A stretch of DNA of 64,000 bases from Macrostomum lignano (lineage: Eukaryota), in contig NIVC01000608.1 in the NCBI GenBank assembly GCA_002269645.1, forward strand, positions 186,001 to 250,000. Reading direction: 5' to 3'. Of the stretch, positions 1 to 13,500 are shown piece by piece; positions within the stretch are counted from its first letter, which is position 1, and each line of letters begins with the position of its first letter. Both the position numbers and the translations under genes were made by a program. The notes beneath the pieces were generated by a model, which was not told the origin of the DNA, made no database searches, and worked only from the letters and a program-made list of their open reading frames with translations.

Positions 1-707
1 TGATTTTGAGCTTTCAGATTGATTTTGATAAGAAAAAGTAGTTTCTATAGCAGAATTTACTTGTGACTCATTATTTTTAATATATTGAAAATATAATACA
101 TGAATTCTTTTTAGGCAGTAATTAGATTAGAAATTTTACGTTAAAAGTAATGACTTTTCTGGAAAAAAATCGAGCTAAGGATGTATACTGGTAACAAAAC
201 ATTTTATTTGGATGAATTCCTTGGTTGATATAAAGATAGAAGTTTCCAGAAAAATTGTCTATTCGTTTTCTACTACGATCGATATTTAATTTTAAGCATA
301 CATATATTTCACTTTTCGTTTTGGTGGGGAGAAAAGATCCCCACCAAAAGAGATTGAGAAAATGTAGCATATTTAGCTTGTACGCATTTCTCTTATGCAT
401 ACTAAGACATCTTGATGTTTTTTTTTTGCGGTGTAATTTTTTCATATTTCCTCCGCCATCATATTAACAGTTCTAGTAGATTTAGATAAATTTCAAGTTA
501 TCATGGCGTAAATTTTTAATGGGTTCAGAGTTTATATGTTGATTTTTGTAGTGAAGTAACAATTGCTTTGTATTATTCTATTTTAACAGCTTGTCAATTA
601 TACACTCTTGTTTAATTTATAGTAAAATTAAGTTAAAAGGCAACGAAGCATGTACTTGTTTTACTAAAATGAAAAATCTATACCTGCCTTAATGCTTGGC
701 TGGCAGC

Positions 708-2573
708 ATGTCTAAAGAGATTGTTCGAGCTGTATCCAGGCAGCTGGACCACTATCTACGAGTGCAGAGACTGGAGGATTCATTTGATCTGTCAGGCGCT
801 GGCCAGCCAATTGTCAATCATCCGAAGCTGCGCGAGCTGACGTTAATCAACACCCTGTCGCGGCATGACAGGCCCTTGAAGCACGAATTCAGCAGCAGCC
901 AGATGCGAATTAAGCTGCGACACATGCATCCGCGCGAGGATCAGGAGGGCGGCAGAGCCGGCAGCAGCGGGCGCCGCCGGCCTACAAAACTGGAACGGTC
1001 TTACACACGCCAGCTAGAGAGCTACCTGAGCCCGCCTCGGCCGCGGCCTCGTTCTGCGGCGGCCTCGTTTGCAGCTGGCGGCCACGGCGGCGGCAGCGGA
1101 GGTCTCGGATGTCCACCAGTGCCGCTGCGCTCGGCGCCGCCGATTCCGTGCAGCCGTCGGGAGCGACGCCAGCTGGTGCGTCGCAGCGGAAAAATTCTCG
1201 GCTATTTGGCCTCGCCGCATCGCGACAAAAACGGCGGCGGTGCCAGTGCCGGAGCAGATCGAGCCGAAGACGCTCGCCCGTTGAACGAGATGATCGAGGA
1301 GCGAGTTCAACGCGAAGTCCGGCGCGGCAGGCGCAGCAGGCGCCACCGACGCGCGAGCAGCGCTGACGGGCATGATTTGTCTCTGCCTCCGTCCCAAAAG
1401 CTGGCGTCGCCAGAGCCGCCGCAAGAAGCCGGGGCCAGCAAAAGGGAAGCCAAGCGGAGTCCCCGCTCGGAACCGCAGGTTGTTTACCCGCTGCGCACCT
1501 ACTCGGTGACGTCCTGCCAGGGCACGCAGACCAGCAGCGAATATGACCAGTCGGCTGGCCCGGCTCCCGGGCCCCGGTGCCACGCCTACATTCTGTATGT
1601 GACCACCGGCGACCGGATCGGGGCGGGCACCAACGCGGCCGTCTCCGCGGTGCTGTACGGCGAGCTCGGCAGCTCCGGCCTGAGGCCGATCCCGCTGGCC
1701 AACAGTCTGACGCACAAGCGGCCGTTCAGGCGCGGTCGAACGGACAAATTCGTGTTGGAAAATCTGCCCGACCTGGGCGGCCTGCGGCGTCTGCGTGTCG
1801 GGCACGCATCCGACGCTTTAAATCACTGGTACCTGCACTCGGCGACGGTCGTCTGCCCTAGCGGCAACCGATGGTTCTTTCCCTGCAGGCAGTGGCTCAG
1901 CGACAAGTCGCCTGATGGCCTGTCGACGAGGACTCTCAACGTTGAGCTGGTGGGCAGCGGCGTCGGCGGAGGCAACAGCGGCGAGGCTGATGTGGAGGCG
2001 CCCTCCCCAGCGGATCTGCTTCCAGCTCCGGGAGACGATGACAGACGCAGCAACGGTGGCAACCACGACAACGAAGACGACAACAATGATGCTGAAGATG
2101 GAGACAAGTTCAGCAGCGACAGCGACATCGATGACGGCGACGGCTTAGCTCAGGTGTCGTTCCGGCATCCGAACCCCGGCGGATCGATTCCGACGAGCAG
2201 TGACAGCTCCGACAATGAAGACAATAACGAGCGGCGTCGGCGGCGGCGTCGTCAGCGCGGCCAGGCTTCGTCGGAGGCGACGCCAACTGCGGCGACCAAA
2301 TCGTCAGCGTCTAGTGGCCGACGACCACCGGCATCGATAGAGTCATCGTCCTCGGTGGCGTCGACGGCCACGAAGTCATCTAAATCGTCAGTGGCACAGT
2401 CAGCCGCCGTCAAGCACAGCAGATGGCGGGGCGGCGTCGGTGGCGGCGGCTTTGTTGGTAGCGACGGCGACTCGGACAACAGCGGCGACAGCGACACGCT
2501 GGAAGAGTCGTCGGCTTCGAGCACCGGCCGAATATCGCCAGACGCCAGTCACCTGCTACTGGATGGTCGCTGA
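708..2573 (+). CDS. Single-exon PLAT/LH2-domain protein with an unrecognised N-terminal module and an acidic/Ser-rich tail
   Basis: ATG at 708 (the track starts at an upstream TTG). The central YILYVTTGDRIGAGTNAAVSAVLYGELG...FRRGRTDKF...DLGGLRRLRVGH...WYLHSATV...FFPCRQWL matches the LOXHD1/PKD1-type PLAT signature. The ORF is GC-rich within AT-rich flanks. Confidence 0.85.
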   Translation: MSKEIVRAVSRQLDHYLRVQRLEDSFDLSGAGQPIVNHPKLRELTLINTLSRHDRPLKHEFSSSQMRIKLRHMHPREDQEGGRAGSSGRRRPTKLERSYTRQLESYLSPPRPRPRSAAASFAAGGHGGGSGGLGCPPVPLRSAPPIPCSRRERRQLVRRSGKILGYLASPHRDKNGGGASAGADRAEDARPLNEMIEERVQREVRRGRRSRRHRRASSADGHDLSLPPSQKLASPEPPQEAGASKREAKRSPRSEPQVVYPLRTYSVTSCQGTQTSSEYDQSAGPAPGPRCHAYILYVTTGDRIGAGTNAAVSAVLYGELGSSGLRPIPLANSLTHKRPFRRGRTDKFVLENLPDLGGLRRLRVGHASDALNHWYLHSATVVCPSGNRWFFPCRQWLSDKSPDGLSTRTLNVELVGSGVGGGNSGEADVEAPSPADLLPAPGDDDRRSNGGNHDNEDDNNDAEDGDKFSSDSDIDDGDGLAQVSFRHPNPGGSIPTSSDSSDNEDNNERRRRRRRQRGQASSEATPTAATKSSASSGRRPPASIESSSSVASTATKSSKSSVAQSAAVKHSRWRGGVGGGGFVGSDGDSDNSGDSDTLEESSASSTGRISPDASHLLLDGR

Positions 2574-2850
2574 ATTTTTTCTGTTATAATGAGTTGATTT
2601 CTTCGTAATTTTTTCCTACTGACGGATTTTGTAACTTTTCCAGCTCTTTTTAGCATGCTTATTTCCTTTGCTTTTGATGAAAAAATTTATAGAGCTGAAT
2701 CAGATTTTGACAACGCCTCTTTAGATAAGGTTTTGAACTGTCTATAGATCAAGGTTCTTATTATTGATTCTATTAGTCAAGTTGATGGTTAAGCTGATCG
2801 AGTGGAGAGTCCCCAATCTCTGAGACAGCAGCCACTTGCCACAGAACTGC

Positions 2851-3054
2851 ACTCGGCCATAGACAATACTCGGCCATAGACAATATTCGGCCATAGACAA
2901 TACTCGGCCATAGACAATACTCGGCCATAGACAATACTCGGCCATAGACAAAACTCGGCCATAGACAATACTCGGCTAAGGACAATACTCGGCCATAGAC
3001 AATACTCGGCCATAGACAATACTCGGCCATAGACAATACTCGGCCATAGACAAT
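2851..3054. repeat. 17-bp tandem repeat (ACTCGGCCATAGACAAT), ~12 copies
   Basis: Visible directly; explains the ORFs at 2742-3093. Confidence 0.95.
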
Positions 3055-4252
3055 AAAACCAATCAAAGGGAAAGCTCGCCATCCAAGCTGCACTCTTTCA
3101 CAGAACTGCGGGCCAAGCCAAGCTGTTCAAGGCTATCCTCTCTGGCTAATAGACTGATTTTTAATGCAATTTATCCAATTGAATGACCGAGCACAGAGTT
3201 CTGTGACAGTGGCTGCTGCTGCAGCGTATGGGGATTCCTAAATAGATTGGCTTTAGTCATCAACTTTACTGACAAAAACAATGCTTAGTAATTTGGCCTT
3301 TTTTAAATAGCTGTGTAAACAACTCTGCCATGTACAAATGGTTATTTTAAACGTTGCTATGGTCTGTTGATTTTCTTTGATACAATTTATTTAGTTTTTT
3401 TAGATTCAACTCTGGTATTTTTTAAGATTACACTTTGCTTACACTTTGCTTACACTTGATTACCGCTTTGCTAGATATTTTAGCCAGAAATTTGAATGCA
3501 ATGAATATTTGGTCTCGACAGACGCTCAATATTCTCAAGCCGGAACTGATGTAAAATGCAGGCATTCTTTAGTTTGCTTTTGTAAAAATTCACGAAAACC
3601 AAAGAGCTTGTCAAAGTGCTTTTTCTTCCTAGAAATATTTGTATAAATAAAAAATCACGATTAATTTAGTGAAGTTTTTAAAAATTACCGTGACGTTTTT
3701 CTCGAACCCTCAACTCTAAGCATAGTTTTAGATTATAATTTTCCTTTGTTTTCCACTGATTTTTGTCTAAATATTTTTGCGACTAAAATAAGTACTGAAG
3801 TATTTGGTATTTTATAATCACAGTTATTGTCAAACCATGGCGCGTCTTCACAGAGTTTTTGTTTTTTTTTGTATTTTTGTTCCAACAGATGTTCAATTTT
3901 AATCTGCTCACTGCCAAGGCTTTTATTACTTGTTGATGCTGCTGATATATTATTTTTGTTTTACATACCCACCTAGCAACTGTTTTTTACTCTTGAATTG
4001 CTTGCAAAGATTAATAGATAAAAATTTATCTATAAATACATATGAAATAGACATAGATGTTCACTCAAGTAGGCCTAGCTAATGCCTTCGCGTATAATTA
4101 TTTATTTAAACAAAAAAGATGCTCATTCCGCCATTCGTTTCAATTGAGGCCTACTGATGTTTCAACTAATAAGATGCTTGAGTTTAATCGCTCCTTAATT
4201 TTTATCACTTCCAGTCGGCGGCTGCTGGCTTCAAAGACACGCAAAGTACACA

Positions 4253-4924
4253 ATGTCCGACGAAATGGTTCGAGCGGTGGCTCGATCTCTCGATCTCTAT
4301 CTGAGAGTCAGGCGACTGGAAGAGGGCTTCGACCTCTCCAGCGTCGGCGCTGTAGGCGTCACCGGCGGCGGCGGCGGCGGCTACGGGTCCGTCATCAGCT
4401 CCCGGCGCCTGCACGACAAGCCGGTGAAGATGCAGTTCCGCAATCCGCTGACCAGGTGCCAAGTCGAAAGCATGTCGGGCGCTCTGTCCGGCCAGCCGGC
4501 GAATGATTCGACGGAAAAATCGAAAACTTCATCGTCGAGCAGGTCGCGTTCAGCCGTTCGACTGCGCCATCGACTGGACATCGTCGAGGCGACAACGGCG
4601 CTGACAACGCCGAGACGAACGCGCGGTCGGGTGCATCATCGCCAACGACAGCGAATGTCGACACGCGGCGGCGATGACAGCGACGACGAGAATCAGCGAA
4701 ACCGTCTGATTGACAACGCGAGCGCCATTCTGGACCTGCTGGCGCCGCCGGCCAGGCCGGGCGCTGAGCATCGCGCTGAGCATCGCGGCCGTCGAGTTGA
4801 TCGCGACGCTGAAACAAGAGAAGAAGATTCAGAGCAAGAAGAAAATGACAAAGAAGGACAAAAGTTGTTGAACAGCAGACGGCGCCTGTCAATTGAACTG
4901 CCCACGGGCTCTTATGGCAACTGA
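4253..4924 (+). CDS. 223-aa protein, tandem paralog of the N-terminal part of 708-2573, without PLAT
   Basis: MSDEMVRAVARSLDLYLRVRRLEEGFDLS aligns with MSKEIVRAVSRQLDHYLRVQRLEDSFDLS. Further shared blocks: HDKPVKMQF/HDRPLKHEF and ILDLLAPP/ILGYLASP. Confidence 0.7.
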   Translation: MSDEMVRAVARSLDLYLRVRRLEEGFDLSSVGAVGVTGGGGGGYGSVISSRRLHDKPVKMQFRNPLTRCQVESMSGALSGQPANDSTEKSKTSSSSRSRSAVRLRHRLDIVEATTALTTPRRTRGRVHHRQRQRMSTRGGDDSDDENQRNRLIDNASAILDLLAPPARPGAEHRAEHRGRRVDRDAETREEDSEQEENDKEGQKLLNSRRRLSIELPTGSYGN

Positions 4925-6069
4925 GTTGCACTTAAATTGAATTTCTATCAGTTTTTTAGACTTTTACTGGATTAAGCCGGCGAGGGATCGAAGAATATTG
5001 GTTTGTACTTTGATACTCTTTTTCCTTGAACTGTTTGCTCCGATAACAAACGCTTGGTCCACCTAGAATTTCACGAAAGTGGAAAGACTTTGCATGAAAT
5101 TTTCTGAGCAAGCAATCAAGTAAAATTGTTGGAGCGCGTCCTTGCCTTAACGAATTAATGATTGATTCAATCAGTCCAGAATTGGCTTTTAATTTCCCGG
5201 AAAATTAATTTCAATTTTTTGTTCGTTTTGTTTATTTACCAGTTCTTAACGTTTTTTCACAGTCGTAATTTTTATAATAAAAACATCACTTTTTTTAGTT
5301 TTTCTTAACTCACTATATGATATATTCACTGTGTGCAATAGTTATAATCACAGTTTTATTCACAGCTTCTGTTGCCTTTTGTATTTTTTGGTTGTGTTTC
5401 CTTTCAAATAGTTTTTCGTTTCTGCCCTTTTTCTTGTTTGACAATCTTTTATGGTTTGACGTAAATAAAACTGCTCTGAGATTGTAAGGCCTTTAATTTT
5501 TTGTTTAAAAAAAACTTGATTTAAACAAATATTTTCTGGAAAGTTTCGCTTCTCCTCTGTTTGTTAATTTAAAATGTTTCTAGGCAGAAATTTTGCACTG
5601 AGTTTTAACAAATAAGAAAGCATGAAATTTTATTCCCAAATTTCCCAACAAATTCAGAATCAATGATGGCTGCATCAGTGAAGCTGAGATCCAGCTGCTC
5701 CAGTTCCAGTCGGGCCAGTCGAATTCAAAAGCGTAGGTTTCTACTTGCGGCTGTAGTTCAGTAGTGTAGAGCGAATATATATTTTCCGCTAGATTACTGT
5801 CAAATTTTCATTAAAATCTCAGATCCTGAGCACCAGTCGGCTCTGTCTCTGGTAGCTGACGAAGCCGAACGCTTGGCAAAAGGACATCGAGTTGCTGAGG
5901 CTCAGGTGCCAGCGGTCACTGCATAGCAGGTTCGAATTTCTTGCTCATTTTTGCTGGATTATTAAGTTTAAAATTATTGAAAATAGCAGAAAAACGGTTG
6001 CTAATTTAATGAGTTTTATGGCTATAAAACAGTTTGTAAATCAAATAGCTTTAGGACTTCAAGAAATGA

Positions 6070-7100
6070 CTTAATCACCTAGTGACAGTCCAGGATAAGG
6101 GACTTAATGACCCACTGACAATATAGGATAAGGGACTTAATGACCCACTGACAATATAGGATAAGTGACTTAATGACCCACTGACAATATAGGATAAGGG
6201 ACTTAATGACCCACTGACAATATAGGATAAGGGACTTAATGACCCACTGACAATATAGGATAAGGGACTTAATGACCCAATGACAAAATAGGATAAGGGA
6301 CTTAATGACCCACTGACAATATAGGATAAGGGACTTAATGACCCACTGACAATATAGGATAAGGGACTTAATGACCCACTGACAATATAGGATAAGGGAC
6401 TTAATGACCCACTGACAATATAGGATAAGGGACTTAATGACCCACTGACAATATAGGATAAGGGACTTAATGACCCACTGACAATATAGGATAAGGGACT
6501 TAATGACCCACTGACAATATAGGATAAGGGACTTAATGACCCACTGACAATATAGGATAAGGGACTTAATGACCCACTGACAATATAGGATAAGGGACTT
6601 AATGACCCACTGACAATATAGGATAAGGGACTTAATGACCCACTGACAATATAGGATAAGGGACTTAATGACCCAATGACAAAATAGGATAAGGGACTTA
6701 ATGACCCACTGACAATATAGGATAAGGGACTTAATGACCCACTGACAATATAGGATAAGGGACTTAATGACCCACTGACAATATAGGATAAGGGACTTAA
6801 TGACCCACTGACAATATAGGATAAGGGACTTAATGACCCACTGACAATATAGGATAAGGGACTTAATGACCCACTGACAATATAGGATAAGGGACTTAAT
6901 GACCCACTGACAATATAGGATAAGGGACTTAATGACCCACTGACAATATAGGATAAGGGACTTAATGACCTAATGAAAAAATAGGATAAGGGACTTAATG
7001 ACCCAATGACAATATAGGATAAGGGACTTAATGACCCAATGAAAAAATTGGATAAGGGACTTTATGACCCAATGACAATATAGGATATGGACTTTATGAC
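6070..7100. repeat. 33-bp minisatellite (TGACAATATAGGATAAGGGACTTAATGACCCAC), ~31 copies
   Basis: Visible directly; copies degenerate at the ends. Confidence 0.95.
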
Positions 7101-7539
7101 AGTCTCAAGGCGCAAGTGCAGTTACAGTGGCTGGCTGCACACAGCAGAGCCGGTGGAGTGGATAGAGAGAAAAAAGTGGCAAGAAAATAATGAATGCCTG
7201 AGCCAAAAAAATGGGATGATGAGGAGCAGATGAAGCTGGATGGGGGACCGATGGGCGCATCTACAGGTTGGAGGACTCAACCTGGCTTCCCCATCACCGC
7301 CCGCCCCTTCCCCATCTGGCTGCTGTGGCAATGAAAGTTAATAAACAGAGTGCAAGATGTGAATAAAAACTGCCATACGGCTGCGTAGAGGGAGCGAGAG
7401 GAGGGCCCGGCAAGCCGCCTCAGGTCCAGCAAAACTACAATAAAAGAAGGTTTGGACAGCAGCAGAGTTGGCTCAACCCCCCCCCCCCGCCACATCGATC
7501 CGGCAAATTGTTGCTTGAATAGCTGCACTGCTTTTGCAG

Positions 7540-10500
7540 TTGAAGAAGAAGACACCCGTAGATTAGGACAAAAACATTCAGAGCGGCTGTTGAGGCAGCA
7601 GATGGCAACGGAGAGAGCTGACAGCGGACCTCAGCTGAACATCAGCCTCATGGTGCGCTCTGTTCAGCGCCGGCACCAGCTGCTGCGAGAGCAGGCGGAC
7701 CAGCAGCGGCGGCCTGGGTTGCCTCCGCGGGAGGACAGCGGTGGACTGGCTGGATTGGCCGATGAAGAGGAAACTGAAAATGATGAGGCTGCCACTCAGC
7801 GGATGGAGAAAGCTGGGGCTTCTATTGATCAGCTGCGGCGGGGAATCCGAGCGCTGATGCGCCAGCAGCAACAGCTGCGGGAAGCTGCGGCTGCCGCCAT
7901 GGCTACCGGGCCTGAGCTGCTCTGGTGAGCCGTCTAGGACACCGCGTCTGACCATCTGACCATCCGACCCCCATTCACCCATCCAACCCATCCATCCATC
8001 CATCCATCCACCCATCAATCCATCCATCCATCCCATCCATCCATCCATCCATCCATCCATCCATCCATCCATCCACCCATCCACCCATCCAACCCATCCA
8101 TCCATCCATCCATCCACCCATCCATTCACCCATCCAACCCATCCATCCATCCATCCATCCATCCACCCATCCATCCACCCATCCACCCATCCATCCTTCC
8201 ATCCACCCATCCATCCACCCATCCACCCATCCATCCACCCATCCATCCACCCATCCATCCACCCATCCATCCATTTATCCACCCATCCATCCATCCATCC
8301 ACCCATCCATCCATCCACCCATCCATCCATTTATCCACCCATCCATCCATCCATCCACCCATCCATCCATCCACCCATCCATCCATCCATCCATCCATCC
8401 ATCCACCCATCCATCCATCCATCCACCCATCCATCCACCCATCCATCCACCCATCCATCCATTTATCCACCCATCCATCCACCCATCCATCCACCCATCC
8501 ATCCATTTATCCACCCATCCATCCATCCATCTATCCATTCATCCACCCATCCATCCATCCATCCATCCATCCACCCATCCATCCATTTATCCACCCATCC
8601 ATCCACCCATCCATCCACCCATCCATCCATCCATCCATCCACCCATCCATCCATCCATCCACCCATCCATCCACCCATCCATCCATCCATCCATCCACCC
8701 ATCCATCCACCCATCCATCCATCCATCTATCCATTCATCCACCCATCCATCCACCCATCCATCCATCCATCCATCCATCCATCCATCTATCCATCCATCC
8801 ACCCATCCATCCATCCATCCATCCATCCATCCATCCATCCATCCACCCATCCATCCATCCATCCATCCATCCATCCATCCATCCACCCATCCATCCACCC
8901 ATCCATCCACCCATCCATCCATCTATCCATCCATCCATCCATCCATCCATCCACCCATCCATCCACCCATCCATCCATCCATCCACCCATCCACTCTTTC
9001 ACCCATCCCGCCCATCACCTTATTTTAATGAGCTCAGCCCTGCCGTGCCCCTATAGGCAGGCAGTCTGGGCACTAATTAAACTAGAAAATACCTGTCGGT
9101 TCGGAACATTTGAGACAATATCCAAGCAGCTAGCAGGAGTTGGACAATGCACTTCGGGTACAACATTACAGCTCTCCCTTCAGCCCAGGTGTTATTGGTT
9201 AGGTAACTAGAAATTAACAGTCAAAGGCTGCCCTACCCTAACCTGCCATTTCCATGTCCAATGAGCCATTGTATTGAGAACCTGCTCAGGTAATCCGCAC
9301 AGGGAGGAGAAAAAAACACTAGTACAGTATGGCATTAATAATTGATGCATCTGGTAGAACTCATGCGCAACATAGAGAATTCGGCGTACTTATAGAAATT
9401 TAGCTCTCGCGCAAAATCTCGCACTTGTTCCAAAAAATTGTCCCAACCTTGCAACTCCAAAAAGTCTCGTTTGGTGGTGGGGCAATGGCTTCTTCTCGTA
9501 GCAGCGACGGCAGCGGCAGCGGGAGAGAGCTGGCCTGCTTCCAGCATTACCTGGACACTTTCTACTTCAATTGTCCGCCTCAGCAGCAGCCCAAGCTGCT
9601 TGGCGTCGGCTTCGGTCGGCGCTGGCGACAAGCGTCGCTGGCGGCCGATGCTGCGGCTGCTGGCGTGGGTGTCCAGGCTCGGCTGCCAAGCAAACTGTCC
9701 CGGCTGCTGCAGGCGCGAGGAGCTTAGTGAGACAGCTGATCCCTGATCCTCGATCCCTGATCCTCGATCCCTGATCCTCGATCCCTGATCCTCGATCCCT
9801 GATCCTCGATCCCTGATCCTCGATCCCTGATCCTCGATCCCTGATCCTCGATCCCTGATCCTCGATCCCTGATCCTCGATCCCTGATCCTCGATCCCTGA
9901 TCCTCGATCCCTGATCCTCGATCCCTGATCCTCGATCCCTGATCCTCGATCCCTGATCCTCGATCCCTGATCCTCGATCCCTGATCCTCGATCCCTGATC
10001 CTCGATCCCTGATCCTCGATCCCTGATCCTCGATCCCTGATCCTCGATCCCTGATCCTCGATCCCTGATCCTCGATCCCTGATCCTCGATCCCTGATCCT
10101 CGATCCCTGATCCTCGATCCCTGATCCTCGATCCCTGATCCTCGATCCCTGATCCTCGATCCCTGATCCTCGATCCCTGATCCTCGATCCCTGATCCTCG
10201 ATCCCTGATCCTCGATCCCTGATCCTCGATCCCTGATCCTCGATCCCTGATCCTCGATCCCTGATCCTCGATCCCTGATCCTCGATCCCTGATCCTCGAT
10301 CCCTGATCCTCGATCCCTGATCCTCGATCCCTGATCCTCGATCCCTGATCCTCGATCCCTGATCCTCGATCCCTGATCCTCGATCCCTGATCCTCGATCC
10401 CTGATCCTCGATCCCTGATCCTCGATCCCTGATCCTCGATCCCTGATCCTCGATCCCTGATCCTCGATCCCTGATCCTCGATCCCTGATCCTCGATCCCT

Positions 10501-13500
10501 GATCCTCGATCCCTGATCCTCGATCCCTGATCCTCGATCCCTGATCCTCGATCCCTGATCCTCGATCCCTGATCCTCGATCCCTGATCCTCGATCCCTGA
10601 TCCTCGATCCCTGATCCTCGATCCCTGATCCTCGATCCCTGATCCTCGATCCCTGATCCTCGATCCCTGATCCTCGCTGTTAGGGGAGTGAAAAATCAAT
10701 CAATGTTAGGAGAGGTGTATAAAATTTTGACTGTTCCACGTTCACGCGATGTGATGTGACCAAAATTCTTTACATCTTGTCACAATGTTTTGTGCAAATA
10801 TTATTCATTAGATATTTCTTGGTTGATATAAAGCCAATTCCTTCAATATGGATGGATTGCTAATCTAGACAACATGGAAATAGGAATAGAATGGACTGAT
10901 AGACTAGCCAACGGATGAGGAACAGAATGGATTGCTAATCCGGCACCACCTTTCCGCTCGCCGAACCCACAGCTCGGGGTTCTCACCGTTTCTATTCACC
11001 AATCAGTCAAGCAACTCGGAGCAGCAGCAGCAGCAGCAGCTTCCCCAGCCGACGCCGCCATCGGAACTCGACCGTCCTTCCAAGCGACGCTCTGGCGCGG
11101 TGGCGGCGCAGTCTCGCACCGGCGGAGCGAGCCGCAGCGTTGAGCTGCCCGACGCAGTCGTCAGCGGCGTCGGGGTCGCCTTCGTTGTTGGCGCCGTCCC
11201 TGGGCTGTCGCTGTCGACTCCGCCAGGAGCGCAGCTGCATCAGCGGCATCAGGGATCGGGGGGCAGCGACGAACGGCAGGGTAGGATTCGAACTCAGGCC
11301 GTGCAGCAGCAGCAGCAGCAACGACTGCCGCAATTTGCGAGTTCAACGATTGGTGAGGCTGAAAAATGCGATGGTATGGGATCTGGGATCTCATACTGTA
11401 TCTGATGGGATCTGGGATCTCATTTTGTATCTGATGGGATCTGGGATCTCATACTGTATCTGATGGGATCTGGGATCTCATTTTGTATCTGATGGGATCT
11501 GGGATCTCATACTGTATCTGATGGGATCTGGGATCTCATACTGTATCTGATGGGATCTGGGATCTCATACTGTATCTGATGGGATCTGGGATCTCATACT
11601 GTATCTGATGGGATCTGGGATCTCATACTGTATCTGATGGGATCTGGGATCTCATACTGTATCTGATGGGATCTGGGATCTCATACTGTATCTGATGGGA
11701 TCTGGGATCTCATTTTGTATCTGATGGGATCTGGGATCTCATACTGTATCTGATGGGATCTGGGATCTCATACTGTATCTGATGGGATCTGGGATCTCAT
11801 ACTGTATCTGATGGGATCTGGGATCTCATACTGTATCTGATGGGATCTGGGATCTCATACTGTATCTGATGGGATCTGGGATCTCATACTGTATCTGATG
11901 GGATCTGGGATCCCATAATGCATCTGAGGGGATCTGGGATCCCATAATGTATCTGAGGGGATCTGGGATCCCATAATGCATCTGAGGGGATCTGGGATCC
12001 CATAATGCATCTGAGGGGATCTGGGATCCCATAATGTATCTGAGGGGATCTGGGATCCCATAATGCATCTGAGGGGATCTGGGATCCCATAATGCATCTG
12101 AGGGGATCTGGGATCCCATAATGCATCTGAGGGGATCTGGGATCCCATAATGCATCTGAGGGGATCTGGGATCCCATAATGCATCTGAGGGGATCTGGGA
12201 TCCCATAATGCATCTGAGGGGATCTGGGATCCCATAATGCATCTGATCGGATCTGGGATCCCATAATTCATTTGAGGGGATCTGGGATCCCATAATCTGA
12301 GGGGATCTGGGATCCCATAATGCATCTGAGGGGATCTGGGATCCCATAATGCATCTGAGGGGATCTGGGATCCCATAATGCATCTGAGGGGATCTGGGAT
12401 CCCATAATGCATCTGAGGGGATCTGGGATCCCATAATGCATCTGAGGGGATCTGGGATCCCATAATGCATCTGAGGGAATCTGGGATCCCATAATGCATC
12501 TGAGGGGATCTGGGATCCCATAATGCATCTGAGGGGATCTGGGATCCCATAATGCATCTGAGGGGATCTGGGATCCCATAATGCATCTGAGGGGATCTGG
12601 GATCCCATAATGCATCTGAGGGGATCTGGGATCCCATAATGCATCTGAGGGGATCTGGGATCCCATAATGCATCTGAGGGGATCTGGGATCCCATAATGC
12701 ATCTGAGGGGATCTGGGATCCCATAATGCATCTGAGGGGATCTGGGATCCCATAATGCATCTAAGGGGATCTGGGATCCCATAATGCATCTGAGGGGATC
12801 TGGGATCCCATAATGCATCTGAGGGGATCTGGGATCCCATAATGCATCTGAGGGGATCTGGGATCCCATAATGCATCTGAGGGGATCTGGGATCCCATAA
12901 TGCATCTGAGGGGATCTGGGATCCCATAATGCATCTGATCGGATCTGGGATCCCATAATTCATTTGAGGGGATCTGGGATCCCATAATCTGAGGGGATCT
13001 GGGATCCCATAATGCATCTGAGGGGATCTGGGATCCCATAATGCATCTGAGGGGATCTGGGATCCCATAATGCATCTGAGGGGATCTGGGATCCCATAAT
13101 GCATCTGAGGGGATCTGGGATCCCATAATGCATCTGAGGGGATCTGGGATCCCATAATGCATCTGAGGGGATCTGGGATCCCATAATGCATCTGAGGGGA
13201 TCTGGGATCCCATAATGCATCTGAGGGGATCTGGGATCCCATAATGCATCTGAGGGGATCTGGGATCCCATAATGCATCTGAGGGGATCTGGGATCCCAT
13301 AATGCATCTGAGGGGATCTGGGATCCCATAATGCATCTGAGGGGATCTGGGATCCCATAATGCATCTGAGGGGATCTGGGATCCCATAATGCATCTGATC
13401 GGATCTGGGATCCCATAATTCATTTGAGGGGATCTGGGATCCCATAATCTGAGGGGATCTGGGATCCCATAATGCATCTGAGGGGATCTGGGATCCCATA

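Noticed and set aside
122-467. Short ORFs at the window start and in the AT-rich 34.4-42.2 kb region
   Set aside because: No motifs, AT-rich composition unlike the real exons, and no consistent splice sites.
1014-2524. Antisense and alternative-frame ORFs overlapping GC-rich exons (also in C2CD3, the GPCR, the LINE and POT1)
   Set aside because: Shadow ORFs expected from high GC content; the opposite frame carries the recognisable domain.
6070-7100. Regular 28-51-bp repeat arrays as possible CRISPR arrays
   Set aside because: Units are directly adjacent with no unique spacers, there are no cas genes, and the context is eukaryotic.
7578-9002. Long MDGW-repeat ORFs, and likewise the [64 protein letters not shown] and GPPSQILSCW ORFs
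   Set aside because: All are stop-free translations of tandem DNA repeats, open in several frames at once, and mostly inside introns.
9335-9740. Protein-like minus-strand frame ([28 protein letters not shown])
   Set aside because: The + strand exon 9502-9726 fits phase-consistent splicing on both sides. No minus-strand exon chain was found, though it is not strictly excluded.
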